From assembly GCA_002293825.1 (NCBI GenBank), contig DBDW01000011.1, forward strand, positions 9,436-73,435: a stretch of 64,000 nt of DNA, given 5' to 3'. The DNA comes from Candidatus Magasanikbacteria bacterium UBA922. Lineage in GTDB: Bacteria; Patescibacteriota; Patescibacteriia; Magasanikbacterales; UBA922. This document shows positions 8,886-19,853 of this stretch, piece after piece. The translations under genes and the position numbers were made by a program. The notes beneath the pieces are model-generated. The model did not search any database. It worked only from the letters and a program-made list of their open reading frames with translations, and was not told the origin of the DNA. The stretch's first letter is position 1, and each line of letters opens with the position of its first letter.

Positions 8886-8914
8886 AGTATAGTAAAAAAG
8901 ATAAATCTTGTCAA
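8886..8914 (-). promoter_or_regulatory. Sigma70 promoter of the pseudo-tRNA / GIY-YIG / tRNA-Glu unit
   Basis: TTGACA-17-TATACT. Confidence 0.8.
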
Positions 8915-8977
8915 CATACACCTCATAAAAAGCAAAACGGGTACGGTGCAGATGCAACACATACCCGAACGAAGTCA

Positions 8978-9199
8978 TCAAATACCCTCTATATCGTCCC
9001 CCATTTCTCTGGGAGGCAGATAGGGTCCCCGATCGAAGGCAGTCCTCAGCTCACGACGCCCGACATACAGGCCGATCCCACTCAGAAGAAGAATCGCGAC
9101 ACACACCACCTTCGCATACGCACTGTCGACAACGATAATGCCGATCAGAGCAAAGATGATGAAGAGAACAAAAACCCAAGACAACTTGTAATATTTCAC
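8978..9199 (-). CDS. Small two-TM membrane protein
   Basis: GTG start at 9199 with GGAGG RBS; TTGACA-17-TATATT upstream; two hydrophobic helices. Confidence 0.6.
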   Translation of the reverse strand: MKYYKLSWVFVLFIIFALIGIIVVDSAYAKVVCVAILLLSGIGLYVGRRELRTAFDRGPYLPPREMGDDIEGI

Positions 9200-9393
9200 T
9201 GACGAAACCCTCCAGTCCTCGATAGTGAGGACAGACGAATATAGCACACAAATACTAGTATGTCAACATAGACACACAATATTGATTTAACCTTAGTCAC
9301 CTGCTACACTACGCACGCACTATATAAGGGAAAACAATAAACACACCTTCTGCAAACTCAGTATCACACTCCTCTCATACTAAAACGATATCT

Positions 9394-10449
9394 ATGAAAA
9401 TCCTCGGCATCGAATCATCCTGCGACGATACGTCTGTCGCATTGATAGAAATAAATGAAAAACATATTACAATCCTTGCAGAAAAAACCGCAAGCCAGAT
9501 TGAGGTACATGCAAAATACGGTGGAGTAATTCCAGAAATCGCCGGTCGAAAACACGCCGAACACATCATACCAGTCATCGAAGCAGTCATGGAAACACAC
9601 ACTCGACCAGATGCAATTGCAGTAACCTATGGACCAGGTCTTATTGCTGGTTTACTTGTGGGAGTAGAAGCAGCAAAAACACTGTCATATATCTGGAACG
9701 TACCCATAATCCCCGTCAATCATATTGAAGGACATTTCTATTCACCTGAAATTAATACAAAAACTCAAGAAAAAAATAGCATTCAATATCCTGCACTCGC
9801 ACTTATTGTAAGCGGTGGACATACTGAACTTGCATATTCACCCGTACCAGGAACATATGAAAAAGTCGGAGGGACACGAGATGATGCGGTCGGAGAATGT
9901 TTTGACAAAGTTGCAAAACTACTCGGAATACCCTATCCTGGTGGACCAAAAATCTCAAAACTAGCTGAACATGGTGATGGAAACAAAATCAATTTTCCTA
10001 GACCTATGGAACAATCTCCTGATTTCGACATGAGTTTTTCTGGTCTCAAAACCGCAGTACTCTATTGGCTACATGATCACCCGATTACAGTTGAAAATCC
10101 GAAATTTGAAAATGAAGAAGGCTCATTTACCATCGAAGATGTGTGTGCAAGTGTCCAATCAGCAATTACCGATGTGCTCATTTCAAAAACAACAGCAGCA
10201 ATCAAAAAATATTCCCCCCGCACACTTATTCTCGCCGGAGGAGTATCTGCAAACAAAAAACTCAGAGAAGAGCTCGAAGTGCTTACTACTAAACTTGGAA
10301 TTAATTTCAGACTTCCCGAACTTGCGTACACGACTGACAATGCTGCGATGATTGCAACTGCAGGATTTCATCGCTTCAATGAAAAGAAAACAGTATTATG
10401 GAAAAATGTAATCGCTGACCCTCAATCTTCATGGTACAAAGAAAACTAG
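9394..10449 (+). CDS. tsaD: tRNA N6-threonylcarbamoyltransferase TsaD
   Basis: ILGIESSCDDT, NHIEGH, VSGGHT, TRDDAVGECFDK, TDNAAMI. Confidence 0.98.
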   Translation: MKILGIESSCDDTSVALIEINEKHITILAEKTASQIEVHAKYGGVIPEIAGRKHAEHIIPVIEAVMETHTRPDAIAVTYGPGLIAGLLVGVEAAKTLSYIWNVPIIPVNHIEGHFYSPEINTKTQEKNSIQYPALALIVSGGHTELAYSPVPGTYEKVGGTRDDAVGECFDKVAKLLGIPYPGGPKISKLAEHGDGNKINFPRPMEQSPDFDMSFSGLKTAVLYWLHDHPITVENPKFENEEGSFTIEDVCASVQSAITDVLISKTTAAIKKYSPRTLILAGGVSANKKLREELEVLTTKLGINFRLPELAYTTDNAAMIATAGFHRFNEKKTVLWKNVIADPQSSWYKEN

Positions 10450-10530
10450 TTCAATGCATTTCCAACACCACCATACTTAATCGCGCTCACCATTTTTACC
10501 ATTGCTATTTTTACAAAAATGATAAAAGTC

Positions 10531-13500
10531 TTATCCGCCACTAACTTCTATCGCCCCTTCCCCAAAAATTTCAGCAAGCTGTGCCACTACGGTATCAATC
10601 GGATCCACTAAAAATGGCATTTTGATATTTCCTCCTTCAACATGAATCAAAACCTCGTGAGATCCTGGATATTCACTGAGAATTTTTTTAACAGTCTCAG
10701 CATGTATTTTCAATAATTCCTTATTGGTCACAATAATAATCTGAGGTACAGTATATTCTTCAGGTTCTGGTACATACGAAACCGAACCACCAGACGCAAG
10801 TGATAAATACTGCGAAACCTCACGCACATTCTGTCGAGTAAGGGTATAAGCCTTTTCAACAAAAATTTTATTTTCCCCATCCTCTTTGGGTGTTTTACCT
10901 ACCACACATACCACATTCCCCACGACCCAGACATTCTTAGTCTGCTCATACGCTTTTGGAAATACGAGTAATTCCATCATACCTGTCATATCTTCAATCG
11001 TAACAAACATCATGATCGAACCTTTTTTGGTAATTTTCTTTTTGAGTGCAGCTACCACCCCTCCAGACACTACCCACATATCGCGTGCCGCATGTTCCAC
11101 GTCAGCAAGCATGGTTAATTTACCCTTCATCTGTGACTCGTAAAAAGCAAACGGATGACTCGAAAGATAAATACCCAGTAAATCTTTCTCCCATTTCAAT
11201 TTCTGATCAAGCGTTGCCTCTGGAGCAGGCTTGAGGGTTACTTTTGCATCAAGCGCAATTGAAGTGCCTGAAAACAAAGAATTCTGATTCGTAATCTTAC
11301 GTTCTCTATGCTGTCTCAAAAATCCCAAAATATTTTCACTATTAGAAAGTAACAATCCACGATCAAACCCAAAAGTATCTAATGCGCCGGCCTGAGCAAG
11401 ACTCTCAAGTGATTTTTTATTCAAATCTTTATCATCAATCCGTTCAAGTAAATTCTCCAGACTTGTATACCTTCCATGTGTTTTTCGCTCTTGATAAATC
11501 ACCTCACAGATATGTTCACCTACATTCTTAATTGCGGTCAAACCGAATCGAATACGACCTTTCTCACCAGGCTTCGATACCATTGCAAACGATCTAAAAC
11601 TTTCATTCACATCTGGAGGCAATACTTCGATCCCGATTCGACGACACTCTCCGACAATCTGTGCAATCTTGTCATTATCTCCAGATTCAGCCTGAAGCAC
11701 TGCCGTCATATACTGGACAGGATAATGCGCTTTCATATACGCAGTCTGATACGCCACAATTCCATAACTCGCCGCATGTGCTTTATTGAATCCATATGCA
11801 GCAAAAGGTTCAATTGCCCTCCACAATTCATCAATTTTTTCCTGCTTCAATTTTCCATATTCTTTACAGCCTTTGTAAAACTTTTCTTTTTGCAATGCCA
11901 TTTCCTCAGGAATCTTCTTACCCATGGCTTTGCGAAATTTATCTGCCTCCATCCAATCATATCCTGCAAGCTCAATTGCAGTAAGCATCACATCGTCTTG
12001 ATACACCAAAAGACCATATGACGCACCAAGAATTTTCTCAAGACGAGGATCAGGATATGTAACAGTCTCTGGATTATATTTTCGTTTAATATATTCAGGA
12101 ATTGATTCCATGGGACCTGGTCGATACAATGCGACCATCGCCATAATATCTTCAATTCGGTTCGGCTTCAATTCTTTGACCCAGCGTGTCATCCCAGACC
12201 CACCAAGCTGAAACGTGCCCATAGTTTCTCCACGAGCAAGCATGTCGAACGTGGTTTTATCGTCAAGTGGTAAATTATAAATATCAATTTTTTCACCTGT
12301 AGTTTTTTCTACAATCACAACCGCATTTCCAAGAATTGCCAAATTTCTAATTCCAAGAAAATCATTTTTCAAAACCCCCGCAGTCTCAACAGCCTTCATT
12401 TCGTATTGTGTCGTAATTTTTTCTCCTCCGGTTTCACGCTGGATTGGGGTGAAATCCGTAAGCGGAGTCGGCGAGATCACGACACCTGCCGCATGGATCG
12501 ACGTATGACGCGCACATCCTTCTACTTTTTGCGCCAAATCAAGCAAACGCTTAACCTCAGCATTTGTATCATAAATTTTTTTCAAATCAGGCTCTTCCTT
12601 GAGCGCACGCTCAATCGTCATCGGAAAACCTTGCGCACCCTGTGGAATCAATTTAGCCACCTGATCACAAAAACTATACGAAAGTCCCAATGCTCGCCCC
12701 ACATCACGCACACTTGCTCGAGCTGCCATGGTTCCAAACGTAATAATCTGCGCCACCCGATCAGCGCCATATTTCTTCGTAACATACTCGATCATCTCCT
12801 CACGACGATCGTCGGCAAAATCAGTATCAATATCAGGTGCAGATGGACGAAACGGATTGAGAAAACGCTCAAACGGAAGATTGAATCGCATCGGATCAAC
12901 AGTCGTAATTCCAAGAACATACGACACAAGCGAGCCTGCTGCTGAACCTCGAGTAGATTCCACAATTCCTACTTTTTTTGCATATCCTACATAATCTGCC
13001 ACACACAAAAAATACGGCGAATATCCTTTGGTCTTGATAATGTCAAGCTCATATTCAATACGTTGCTTGATTTCATCAGTAACAGGATTATAAAAATTAC
13101 CCACACATCGATACGCCTCATCACGCAAATGTTCATCATGTGTTTTTCCTGGAGGAACCTCAATTGGTGCAAAATGCCACACATTGAGTGGAATCTGAAT
13201 ATCCACCCGCGCAGCAATTTTCAATGTATTCTCAATCGCTTCTGGTACATGACGAAAACGAGAAATAATATCATCGCCCAGATTAAGAGAACGATCTACC
13301 TGACGATAGTCTTCACGATTAGTATATTCCACTTTCCAACCTTCAGATATACAGCGCAAAATATCCTGCGCCTCAGCATCATCAGGGTTGAGATAGTGTA
13401 CATCACGAGTTACGACCAACCCAACCCCACACTCTTTTGAAAGCTCAATTAAGGCAGTGTTAACCTGTAATTGCCCTTGAATTCCAGGATGATCTTGAAG

Positions 13501-14025
13501 TTCGAGAAAAAAATTATGTGGACCAAATATTGAGACATATTCAGCAATAACACGCTTTGCTTCATCACGATTGTGTTTCAAAATAAGTTGCGGAATCTCT
13601 CCCTCAATCGGACCAGACAATGCAATAATTCCTTTCCCCATGTTCCTGAGTATTTCCTTATCGATACGAGGTTTACCATTAAAAAATCCATCCAAATGCC
13701 CAATCGACGACAGACGCATGAGATTCTGATATCCTTCAAAATTTTCCGCGAGTAAAATCAGACGATGCATATCCTTATCGTACTCAGGATCTTTATCTGT
13801 CAATCTCCGCGGAGCAATAAAAGCCTCAAAACCAATAATTGGTTTAATCTCATGCTCAAGACACGCTTGATAGAATTCAATCGCCCCATACAACGATCCA
13901 TAATCAGTCAAAGCAAGCGCACTAAATCCTCGTTTTTTCGCAACCTTAACCAGAGCCTTTGGTTTTGCAAGCCCATTCAATAATGAATAATGCGAGTGTA
14001 CATGTAAATGCACGAAATCAGACAT
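10531..14025 (-). CDS. dnaE: DNA polymerase III alpha subunit
   Basis: PHP HLHVHSHYS, RGSAAGS, PDIDTDF, YGFNKAHA, OB fold; no intein visible. Confidence 0.99.
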   Translation of the reverse strand: MSDFVHLHVHSHYSLLNGLAKPKALVKVAKKRGFSALALTDYGSLYGAIEFYQACLEHEIKPIIGFEAFIAPRRLTDKDPEYDKDMHRLILLAENFEGYQNLMRLSSIGHLDGFFNGKPRIDKEILRNMGKGIIALSGPIEGEIPQLILKHNRDEAKRVIAEYVSIFGPHNFFLELQDHPGIQGQLQVNTALIELSKECGVGLVVTRDVHYLNPDDAEAQDILRCISEGWKVEYTNREDYRQVDRSLNLGDDIISRFRHVPEAIENTLKIAARVDIQIPLNVWHFAPIEVPPGKTHDEHLRDEAYRCVGNFYNPVTDEIKQRIEYELDIIKTKGYSPYFLCVADYVGYAKKVGIVESTRGSAAGSLVSYVLGITTVDPMRFNLPFERFLNPFRPSAPDIDTDFADDRREEMIEYVTKKYGADRVAQIITFGTMAARASVRDVGRALGLSYSFCDQVAKLIPQGAQGFPMTIERALKEEPDLKKIYDTNAEVKRLLDLAQKVEGCARHTSIHAAGVVISPTPLTDFTPIQRETGGEKITTQYEMKAVETAGVLKNDFLGIRNLAILGNAVVIVEKTTGEKIDIYNLPLDDKTTFDMLARGETMGTFQLGGSGMTRWVKELKPNRIEDIMAMVALYRPGPMESIPEYIKRKYNPETVTYPDPRLEKILGASYGLLVYQDDVMLTAIELAGYDWMEADKFRKAMGKKIPEEMALQKEKFYKGCKEYGKLKQEKIDELWRAIEPFAAYGFNKAHAASYGIVAYQTAYMKAHYPVQYMTAVLQAESGDNDKIAQIVGECRRIGIEVLPPDVNESFRSFAMVSKPGEKGRIRFGLTAIKNVGEHICEVIYQERKTHGRYTSLENLLERIDDKDLNKKSLESLAQAGALDTFGFDRGLLLSNSENILGFLRQHRERKITNQNSLFSGTSIALDAKVTLKPAPEATLDQKLKWEKDLLGIYLSSHPFAFYESQMKGKLTMLADVEHAARDMWVVSGGVVAALKKKITKKGSIMMFVTIEDMTGMMELLVFPKAYEQTKNVWVVGNVVCVVGKTPKEDGENKIFVEKAYTLTRQNVREVSQYLSLASGGSVSYVPEPEEYTVPQIIIVTNKELLKIHAETVKKILSEYPGSHEVLIHVEGGNIKMPFLVDPIDTVVAQLAEIFGEGAIEVSGG

Positions 14026-14117
14026 ACAAACAGTAATCTATTAGCACATGCTATAGTACAAGGTACAAGGATTACTGTCTAGATAGAGCACACCAAGAAA
14101 TACACAGGCGCCCCAAT

Positions 14118-14150
14118 AAAAAACAGGTAGTGTATATTCTACCTGTTTTT
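14118..14150 (-). terminator. htrA terminator
   Basis: AAAAACAGGTAG-N8-CTACCTGTTTTT. Confidence 0.75.
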
Positions 14151-14154
14151 ACCA

Positions 14155-15387
14155 CTATTTTGTAAGTTCTTCAGGCATTTCTTCAAGCCTCACCTCGACT
14201 TCCCTCTCCTCACCTTTGTGCAACACATTCACGACAATAGTATCCCCGATACTATACTTCATAACCAATTTTGACAAAGAATCAATGTCTTCTATTCTCT
14301 CACCATTTATTGAAAGCAATATGTCATTCTCGACAATACCAGCCTTATCCGCAGGAGACCCGGGAATAACCGCCAAATCTTCTTCATTCACCCCGCGCTG
14401 AACGAGCACACCATATGTCACAGGCAAGTTATTCGCCTGAGCGAGTCGTGGAGTAATGGGAATATATCTCACCCCAAGCCACGGACGAACCAAGCGCCCT
14501 TCTTGCTCGACTGTTTCTATTGTTTTACGGACACTATTAATTGGTATAGCAAATCCTACGAGCTGACCTTTTTCAGAGACAGCAGTATTAATACCAATAA
14601 CCTTACCTGATAAATCGAGCAATGGACCACCAGAATTACCCGGATTAATAGCTGCGTCAGTCTGAATCGCACTCTCAAGAATTTCTACAGCGCCCATACG
14701 ATCCCCCGCCTCCACACGTCTCCCAATTCCACTAATAACACCTTTGGTAAGAGTATTGCCATATTCCGCAAGTGCATTACCAATCGCGAGCACGGTCTGA
14801 CCAATACGCAATTCATCAGAATTACCCAATTCAAGAACAGGAAGATTATCAGCCTCAATACGAATAAGCGCAACATCGATAGAAGGATCTTTTGCAATCA
14901 CTGTTGCTGGATGTCGAGTACCATCACTCAATACAACAGTGTATACGGCCTCCTCATCAGATACCACATGACGATTCGTCACAATCAAACCGTCAGAAGT
15001 AACCACAAACCCACTCCCACCACCAATCTGCTCAAGCCCAGATTGATCACGAGTGGATGATACACTCTCTTCGGGAATCATAAGCCATGGAGGAAGGAAT
15101 CCTAAAAAATCATCAAACATTCGACGAGAACTAAAAGTCCCCACTTCTTTCTCAATAATAATATTTACAACCGCTGGATTTACCTTCTCCACCAGTTCGA
15201 CCACACCACGCTCCTCAGAATCAATAACTATTGGTTCAGAATTACGAACCGTAGGTGTAATAAAATTTGAAAATTGTGGCACATGTGAAAGTACAAAAAA
15301 AGAAAAAACACCGCCCACAATGCCTGCTAAAAAACCAAATAAGCCACTTGTACGAAGTACAATACCTGATGATTGCTGTTGTGACAT
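14155..15387 (-). CDS. htrA: HtrA/DegP-family serine protease with one PDZ domain
   Basis: TNRHVV, DVAL and GNSGGPL catalytic motifs; N-terminal TM. Confidence 0.95.
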   Translation of the reverse strand: MSQQQSSGIVLRTSGLFGFLAGIVGGVFSFFVLSHVPQFSNFITPTVRNSEPIVIDSEERGVVELVEKVNPAVVNIIIEKEVGTFSSRRMFDDFLGFLPPWLMIPEESVSSTRDQSGLEQIGGGSGFVVTSDGLIVTNRHVVSDEEAVYTVVLSDGTRHPATVIAKDPSIDVALIRIEADNLPVLELGNSDELRIGQTVLAIGNALAEYGNTLTKGVISGIGRRVEAGDRMGAVEILESAIQTDAAINPGNSGGPLLDLSGKVIGINTAVSEKGQLVGFAIPINSVRKTIETVEQEGRLVRPWLGVRYIPITPRLAQANNLPVTYGVLVQRGVNEEDLAVIPGSPADKAGIVENDILLSINGERIEDIDSLSKLVMKYSIGDTIVVNVLHKGEEREVEVRLEEMPEELTK

Positions 15388-15424
15388 AAAAAAATACTAA
15401 TTTAAAAAAATTAATATACAAAAA

Positions 15425-15739
15425 TTAGTCAGTAAACATATACCCAAAAATTTTTAAATCAACTTTACCATTGCACACTATCACACCCTCAGAAGAAAGT
15501 AGGTGTATTTTTTTCTCAAGCCCAAATGCATACCCTACAAGCATTCCCGTGCTTCCGACCACACGATGGCACGGCACATGCGGTGCATACGGATTGCAAT
15601 TAAGGGCACGGCCTACCGCTCTCGCACCATAAGGCACTCCCACGTAGCGAGCAAGCGCTCCATAGGTCGTTACTTTTCCCTCAGGAATACGCTTCAGTGC
15701 AGCGTATACCCGCCCCTCAAAAGGAGTTGGACTACGCAT
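15425..15739 (-). CDS. ogt: O6-methylguanine-DNA methyltransferase family protein
   Basis: IPEGKVTTYG, RAVG, PCHRVV with the active Cys. Confidence 0.9.
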   Translation of the reverse strand: MRSPTPFEGRVYAALKRIPEGKVTTYGALARYVGVPYGARAVGRALNCNPYAPHVPCHRVVGSTGMLVGYAFGLEKKIHLLSSEGVIVCNGKVDLKIFGYMFTD

Positions 15740-15750
15740 ATATAGTACTA

Positions 15751-16146
15751 CTATGGTGATTGAAATATTTCAAGATATTCTTGCCAGTGTTTGAGAGCAC
15801 CGCTCACAAACTCGCCATTCTGTGACAAAAAATCAGATATGAAGAATACGCCCAAAATAAGTGGCAACAAAATCAAAAACAGACGAATATAATTCCCAAC
15901 AGTCATCCATGTGAGTCTTCGTTGAATTTTCCTATTCTGATGATAAATAACCTGCGACCATTTGATATTCTTTTCAAGAAGTTCTTGAAAATTAGGAGTT
16001 GCCTTTTCAGAAGAAGCAGGTACGATAGGAACATCGTGTACCGGCACAGGTGAGACATCCGTGTGTGTGTCTGATGAACCGTGCTTTTTTTTAGATGCAT
16101 CCTCAATTTGGTGAGGGGTATGCGAGGAAACTGGTGATTGTGTCAT
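15751..16146 (-). CDS. Hypothetical single-TM protein
   Basis: In operon order between nrdR and ogt; C-terminal TM. Confidence 0.7.
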   Translation of the reverse strand: MTQSPVSSHTPHQIEDASKKKHGSSDTHTDVSPVPVHDVPIVPASSEKATPNFQELLEKNIKWSQVIYHQNRKIQRRLTWMTVGNYIRLFLILLPLILGVFFISDFLSQNGEFVSGALKHWQEYLEIFQSP

Positions 16147-16198
16147 ACAACAAATTTACTTACATGCAAATTAGACTTTGTTTTTTCAAAAATCGTTA

Positions 16199-16654
16199 TC
16201 ACACCCTACCTTCCAAATCACGAACTTCTTTTTGAAACTTCTTCACATCCTCAAATGCCCGATAAATAGAGGCAAATCGTATATATGCTACTTTATCAAA
16301 TCTACGCAAATGTGTCATTACAATATCTCCAATCTCAGCACTCGGTATTTCTTTACGATTTTTCTTTTGAATTTTACGCTCAATTGAATGAATCATTTTG
16401 TCAAAATTTTCTTGCGTATACGGACGCTTAGTCAGCGAATGTAAAATACCAGACTCAAGCTTCTTACGCGAATACACTTCACGCCGACCATCATTTTTAA
16501 CCACCGTAATATCAAGCAATTCTATTTCTTCCATGGTTGAAAAACGATACTGACACTTCACACATTCGCGTCTACGACGAATTGCATATCCTTCATGAGT
16601 AAGACGAGAATCGATAACTTTACTATCCTGTGAAGGACATATGGGACAATGCAT
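16199..16654 (-). CDS. nrdR: Transcriptional repressor NrdR
   Basis: MHCPIC...DSR...RRRRECVKC..RFST.E zinc ribbon, ATP cone, VAYIRFASIY. Confidence 0.97.
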   Translation of the reverse strand: MHCPICPSQDSKVIDSRLTHEGYAIRRRRECVKCQYRFSTMEEIELLDITVVKNDGRREVYSRKKLESGILHSLTKRPYTQENFDKMIHSIERKIQKKNRKEIPSAEIGDIVMTHLRRFDKVAYIRFASIYRAFEDVKKFQKEVRDLEGRV

Positions 16655-16757
16655 ACATACGAGAATTATGAATTGGGCATGAGGTGTACAACGCCAAAAA
16701 AATACTGAAATCAACACTCAAAAGAATATACCGTTCCCAAACATTCTACTTCCAATC

Positions 16758-18038
16758 TCACATGCCCATCTTTTTTCTCAAAAATGTTGGAATTTCCAAA
16801 TCCTCTTCAGAAGAATCATCAGTAACCTTCCGTTGCGGCACGGTTGTTGATGGAGCAGTTGCACGAGTTGGAATATCTTCAGCAACTGTTTTTTTGATAA
16901 ATGGACGACGAGGTTGTTCGGACTGCACCGACAAAACTTCTTCTTCTGTTTGTACAGTGTCCTGATTTTTTTTGGCAAACAATCCTGATTTGATACCAAG
17001 CGGACGAGCGGTAAATACATCAAGACCCGGATCAGAACTTTGCTCAAGCACCACTGCGTGTTCACGCTCAGCTGGTGAAAAATCTAATTGATCAAATCCA
17101 GTCGCAACCACGGTAACACGAACATCCTCTCCCATACGTTCATCAACCACCGCACCAAAAATAACTTTTACATTTTCATCAGCAGAACTCGTAATTACTT
17201 TTGCTGCATCAGCAACTTCCTGCATACCCAATCCAGCGCCTCCGGTAATCGTAAAGAGAATACCTCGCGCACCATCAATCGAAATTTCAAGTAACGGACT
17301 TGAAATTGCAGATTTTGCAGCCTCTACCGCACGATTCTCTCCAGTACCGATACCAATACCCATAAGTGCTGAACCAGTATTACTCATAATCGTCTTTACA
17401 TCAGCAAAGTCAACATTGATCAATCCGGGCACAGTAATGAGTTCTGAAATTCCTTGTACACCCTGTCGCAACACGTCATCAACAATTTTAAACGCATCGA
17501 GCAAAGAAGTTTTCTTATCAATAATCTGAAGAATACGATCATTTGGAATCGTAATAATCGTGTCGACATATTTTGATAACTGTGCGTGCGCTTGTTCAGC
17601 AATCGCTTTTCGTTGTGGTCCCTCAAATGAAAATGGTTTAGTAACGACTGCAACCGTAAGTATTCCCATATCCTGAGCAATCGAGGCAACAATCGGCGCA
17701 GCACCTGATCCAGTACCACCACCAAGTCCGCAGGTGATAAAAATCATGTCAGTATCCTTGAGCGCTTCTCTAATCTCATTTTGAGATTCTTCAGCACTTC
17801 GTTTTCCCAGTTCTGGATTCATTCCCGCACCCAATCCACGTGTAATTGTTCTCCCAATATGTATTTTTTTTGCAGCAGGATTATGATGAAGTGCCTGTAC
17901 ATCCGTATTAAAGGCCAAAAATTCAACACCACGAATATTGCTCTCGACCATTCGAGCAACCGCACTCCCTCCGGATCCACCGACACCTACTACTTTTATT
18001 TTTGCAAATGTTTCAATATCTGGTTTTACTTGAGGCAT
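16758..18038 (-). CDS. ftsZ: Cell division protein FtsZ
   Basis: GGGTGSG tubulin signature, NVDFADV, C-terminal LEIPTFLR. Confidence 0.99.
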   Translation of the reverse strand: MPQVKPDIETFAKIKVVGVGGSGGSAVARMVESNIRGVEFLAFNTDVQALHHNPAAKKIHIGRTITRGLGAGMNPELGKRSAEESQNEIREALKDTDMIFITCGLGGGTGSGAAPIVASIAQDMGILTVAVVTKPFSFEGPQRKAIAEQAHAQLSKYVDTIITIPNDRILQIIDKKTSLLDAFKIVDDVLRQGVQGISELITVPGLINVDFADVKTIMSNTGSALMGIGIGTGENRAVEAAKSAISSPLLEISIDGARGILFTITGGAGLGMQEVADAAKVITSSADENVKVIFGAVVDERMGEDVRVTVVATGFDQLDFSPAEREHAVVLEQSSDPGLDVFTARPLGIKSGLFAKKNQDTVQTEEEVLSVQSEQPRRPFIKKTVAEDIPTRATAPSTTVPQRKVTDDSSEEDLEIPTFLRKKMGM

Positions 18039-18194
18039 ACACATCTGTTAGTGAGTACTTTTTGTATTCAAATTTACCATATCTAAACAAGTATACTATG
18101 GAAACACCATCGCTGTAAAGCAATGATGGTATACAGAATAAAAAATACACGAAATTATGCGTGTATTATATGTTCTTCGCTAAAACAGACTCTG

Positions 18195-19454
18195 CTAGGG
18201 TACTAAATTTTTAAATATCATTTTTATTTTATCAGCCACCTTTCCACCAATATGAGCCGTAGGAGCGTGTCTTCCAGGAGAATATGTAAACGCACTCCCC
18301 CATTTCACCAGCCCAATCGCAGGAACAAATGCAATATCGTTTACTTTATCAGTAATACTCTCAATTCCAAGTGGATACCCAATTTGTGAAGGAAGCGCCA
18401 ACACCTCTTTAGCGCAGTCGGTAAGTCCTTGAATTTTTGAGCCACCCCCCACAAACAATGCCCCAGCTGGAAGCATCTGACTTCGACCAATTAAAGAAAG
18501 TTCATCATCAACTTTTTCAAGTATTTCAGAAACACGAGCCTCAATAATCTGTGCGATATAATAACGAGAAACAATTTCAGACTGATCAGCACCTGATTCA
18601 AATAAATCAATAGTATCTTTTTTATTTAATTTTTTACTCACACACTCACCATGCTGACATTTTACCTTCTCTGCAATATCAATCGACGTACGAAGACCTA
18701 GTGCCAAATCATTGGTAATATGGGAAGACCCAATCGGAATAACCGCACTATGAATCACATCCCCATCTTCATACACCACCATACTTGTGGTCGGTCCACC
18801 AATATTGATCACCACGCAACCCAATTCTTTTTGACGAGACGTCGCGACCACATCTCCTGATGCGAGAATAGATAATACAAAATCATCAATATCTACTCCT
18901 GCTCGATATACCACCTTACTCAAATTCTTCACATGTGAAGAAACACTGTGAATAATTTTAGTATCCACTTCGAGTCGCATACCAGTCATACCGATCGGGT
19001 CTTTGATACCTGACTGAGTGTCTACTGAATATGTCCGAGGAAGTACATGGAGAATCTCATAATTCAAAGGTGTCGCAATATTTTTTGCAGCTTCAACTGC
19101 CCGCTCAATATCATCTTCAGTAATCTCACTATTTGCTCGAGATACTGCAATCACACCCTTACTTTCTTGTGAAATTATTTGGGTACCCGAGACACCTACC
19201 CACACATGCTCAATCGGAAGTCCCACAATTTTTTCAGCATGCTCAAGAGCACCAGATACCGATGACACCGCATCTTCAATGCTTGCTATTTGTCCTTTTT
19301 GAATTCCTTCTGAAACCACCTCTGCTGCACCAATTAATTGCAATTCAGAACTCATTTCTCTAGAAGAAGTCAATTGCCCTACCACAACACGAACAGCAGT
19401 AGATCCGATATCAAGTCCTACAATAAGTTCAGTATGTACTTTAGTTCGTGCCAT
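18195..19454 (-). CDS. ftsA: Cell division protein FtsA
   Basis: GLDIGST, HITNDLA, GGGSK; upstream of ftsZ. Confidence 0.97.
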   Translation of the reverse strand: MARTKVHTELIVGLDIGSTAVRVVVGQLTSSREMSSELQLIGAAEVVSEGIQKGQIASIEDAVSSVSGALEHAEKIVGLPIEHVWVGVSGTQIISQESKGVIAVSRANSEITEDDIERAVEAAKNIATPLNYEILHVLPRTYSVDTQSGIKDPIGMTGMRLEVDTKIIHSVSSHVKNLSKVVYRAGVDIDDFVLSILASGDVVATSRQKELGCVVINIGGPTTSMVVYEDGDVIHSAVIPIGSSHITNDLALGLRTSIDIAEKVKCQHGECVSKKLNKKDTIDLFESGADQSEIVSRYYIAQIIEARVSEILEKVDDELSLIGRSQMLPAGALFVGGGSKIQGLTDCAKEVLALPSQIGYPLGIESITDKVNDIAFVPAIGLVKWGSAFTYSPGRHAPTAHIGGKVADKIKMIFKNLVP

Positions 19455-19493
19455 AGATACTTCTAAAAGTAATGTTACAATAGTATATCATTT

Positions 19494-19850
19494 TTATGAT
19501 AAGAGCTCAACAATATACGGAAAAAAGATAATACATCCGACAATAATCGATCCTAATGCTGCAATAAAAACCGCTCCAGCCATAATATCTTTCACTAACT
19601 CCACCTGATAATTTAATCGAGGTTTAAGTAAATCAAGAAACATTTCAATCGTAGTGTTCATAAGTTCAAGCACCAGCACAAACGCAACCATCATCGCCAA
19701 AATAATTTTTTCATACGTGCGCATATCAAGAACAAAAGAACTCACAATAACCAACAGACCCACAAAACATTGAATACGAAAATTGCGCTCATGACGAAAC
19801 GCATACGCAATTCCTTTAGAAGCAAATCCCACGCTTTTATCAAATCGCAT
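19494..19850 (-). CDS. dgkA: Diacylglycerol/undecaprenol kinase family
   Basis: ERNFR, ELMNTTIE, KDIMAGAV; follows ybeY. Confidence 0.9.
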   Translation of the reverse strand: MRFDKSVGFASKGIAYAFRHERNFRIQCFVGLLVIVSSFVLDMRTYEKIILAMMVAFVLVLELMNTTIEMFLDLLKPRLNYQVELVKDIMAGAVFIAALGSIIVGCIIFFPYIVELLS

Positions 19851-19853
19851 AAC

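Noticed and set aside
10531-14025. Intein in DnaE
   Set aside because: Normal length and no intein splice or LAGLIDADG motifs seen
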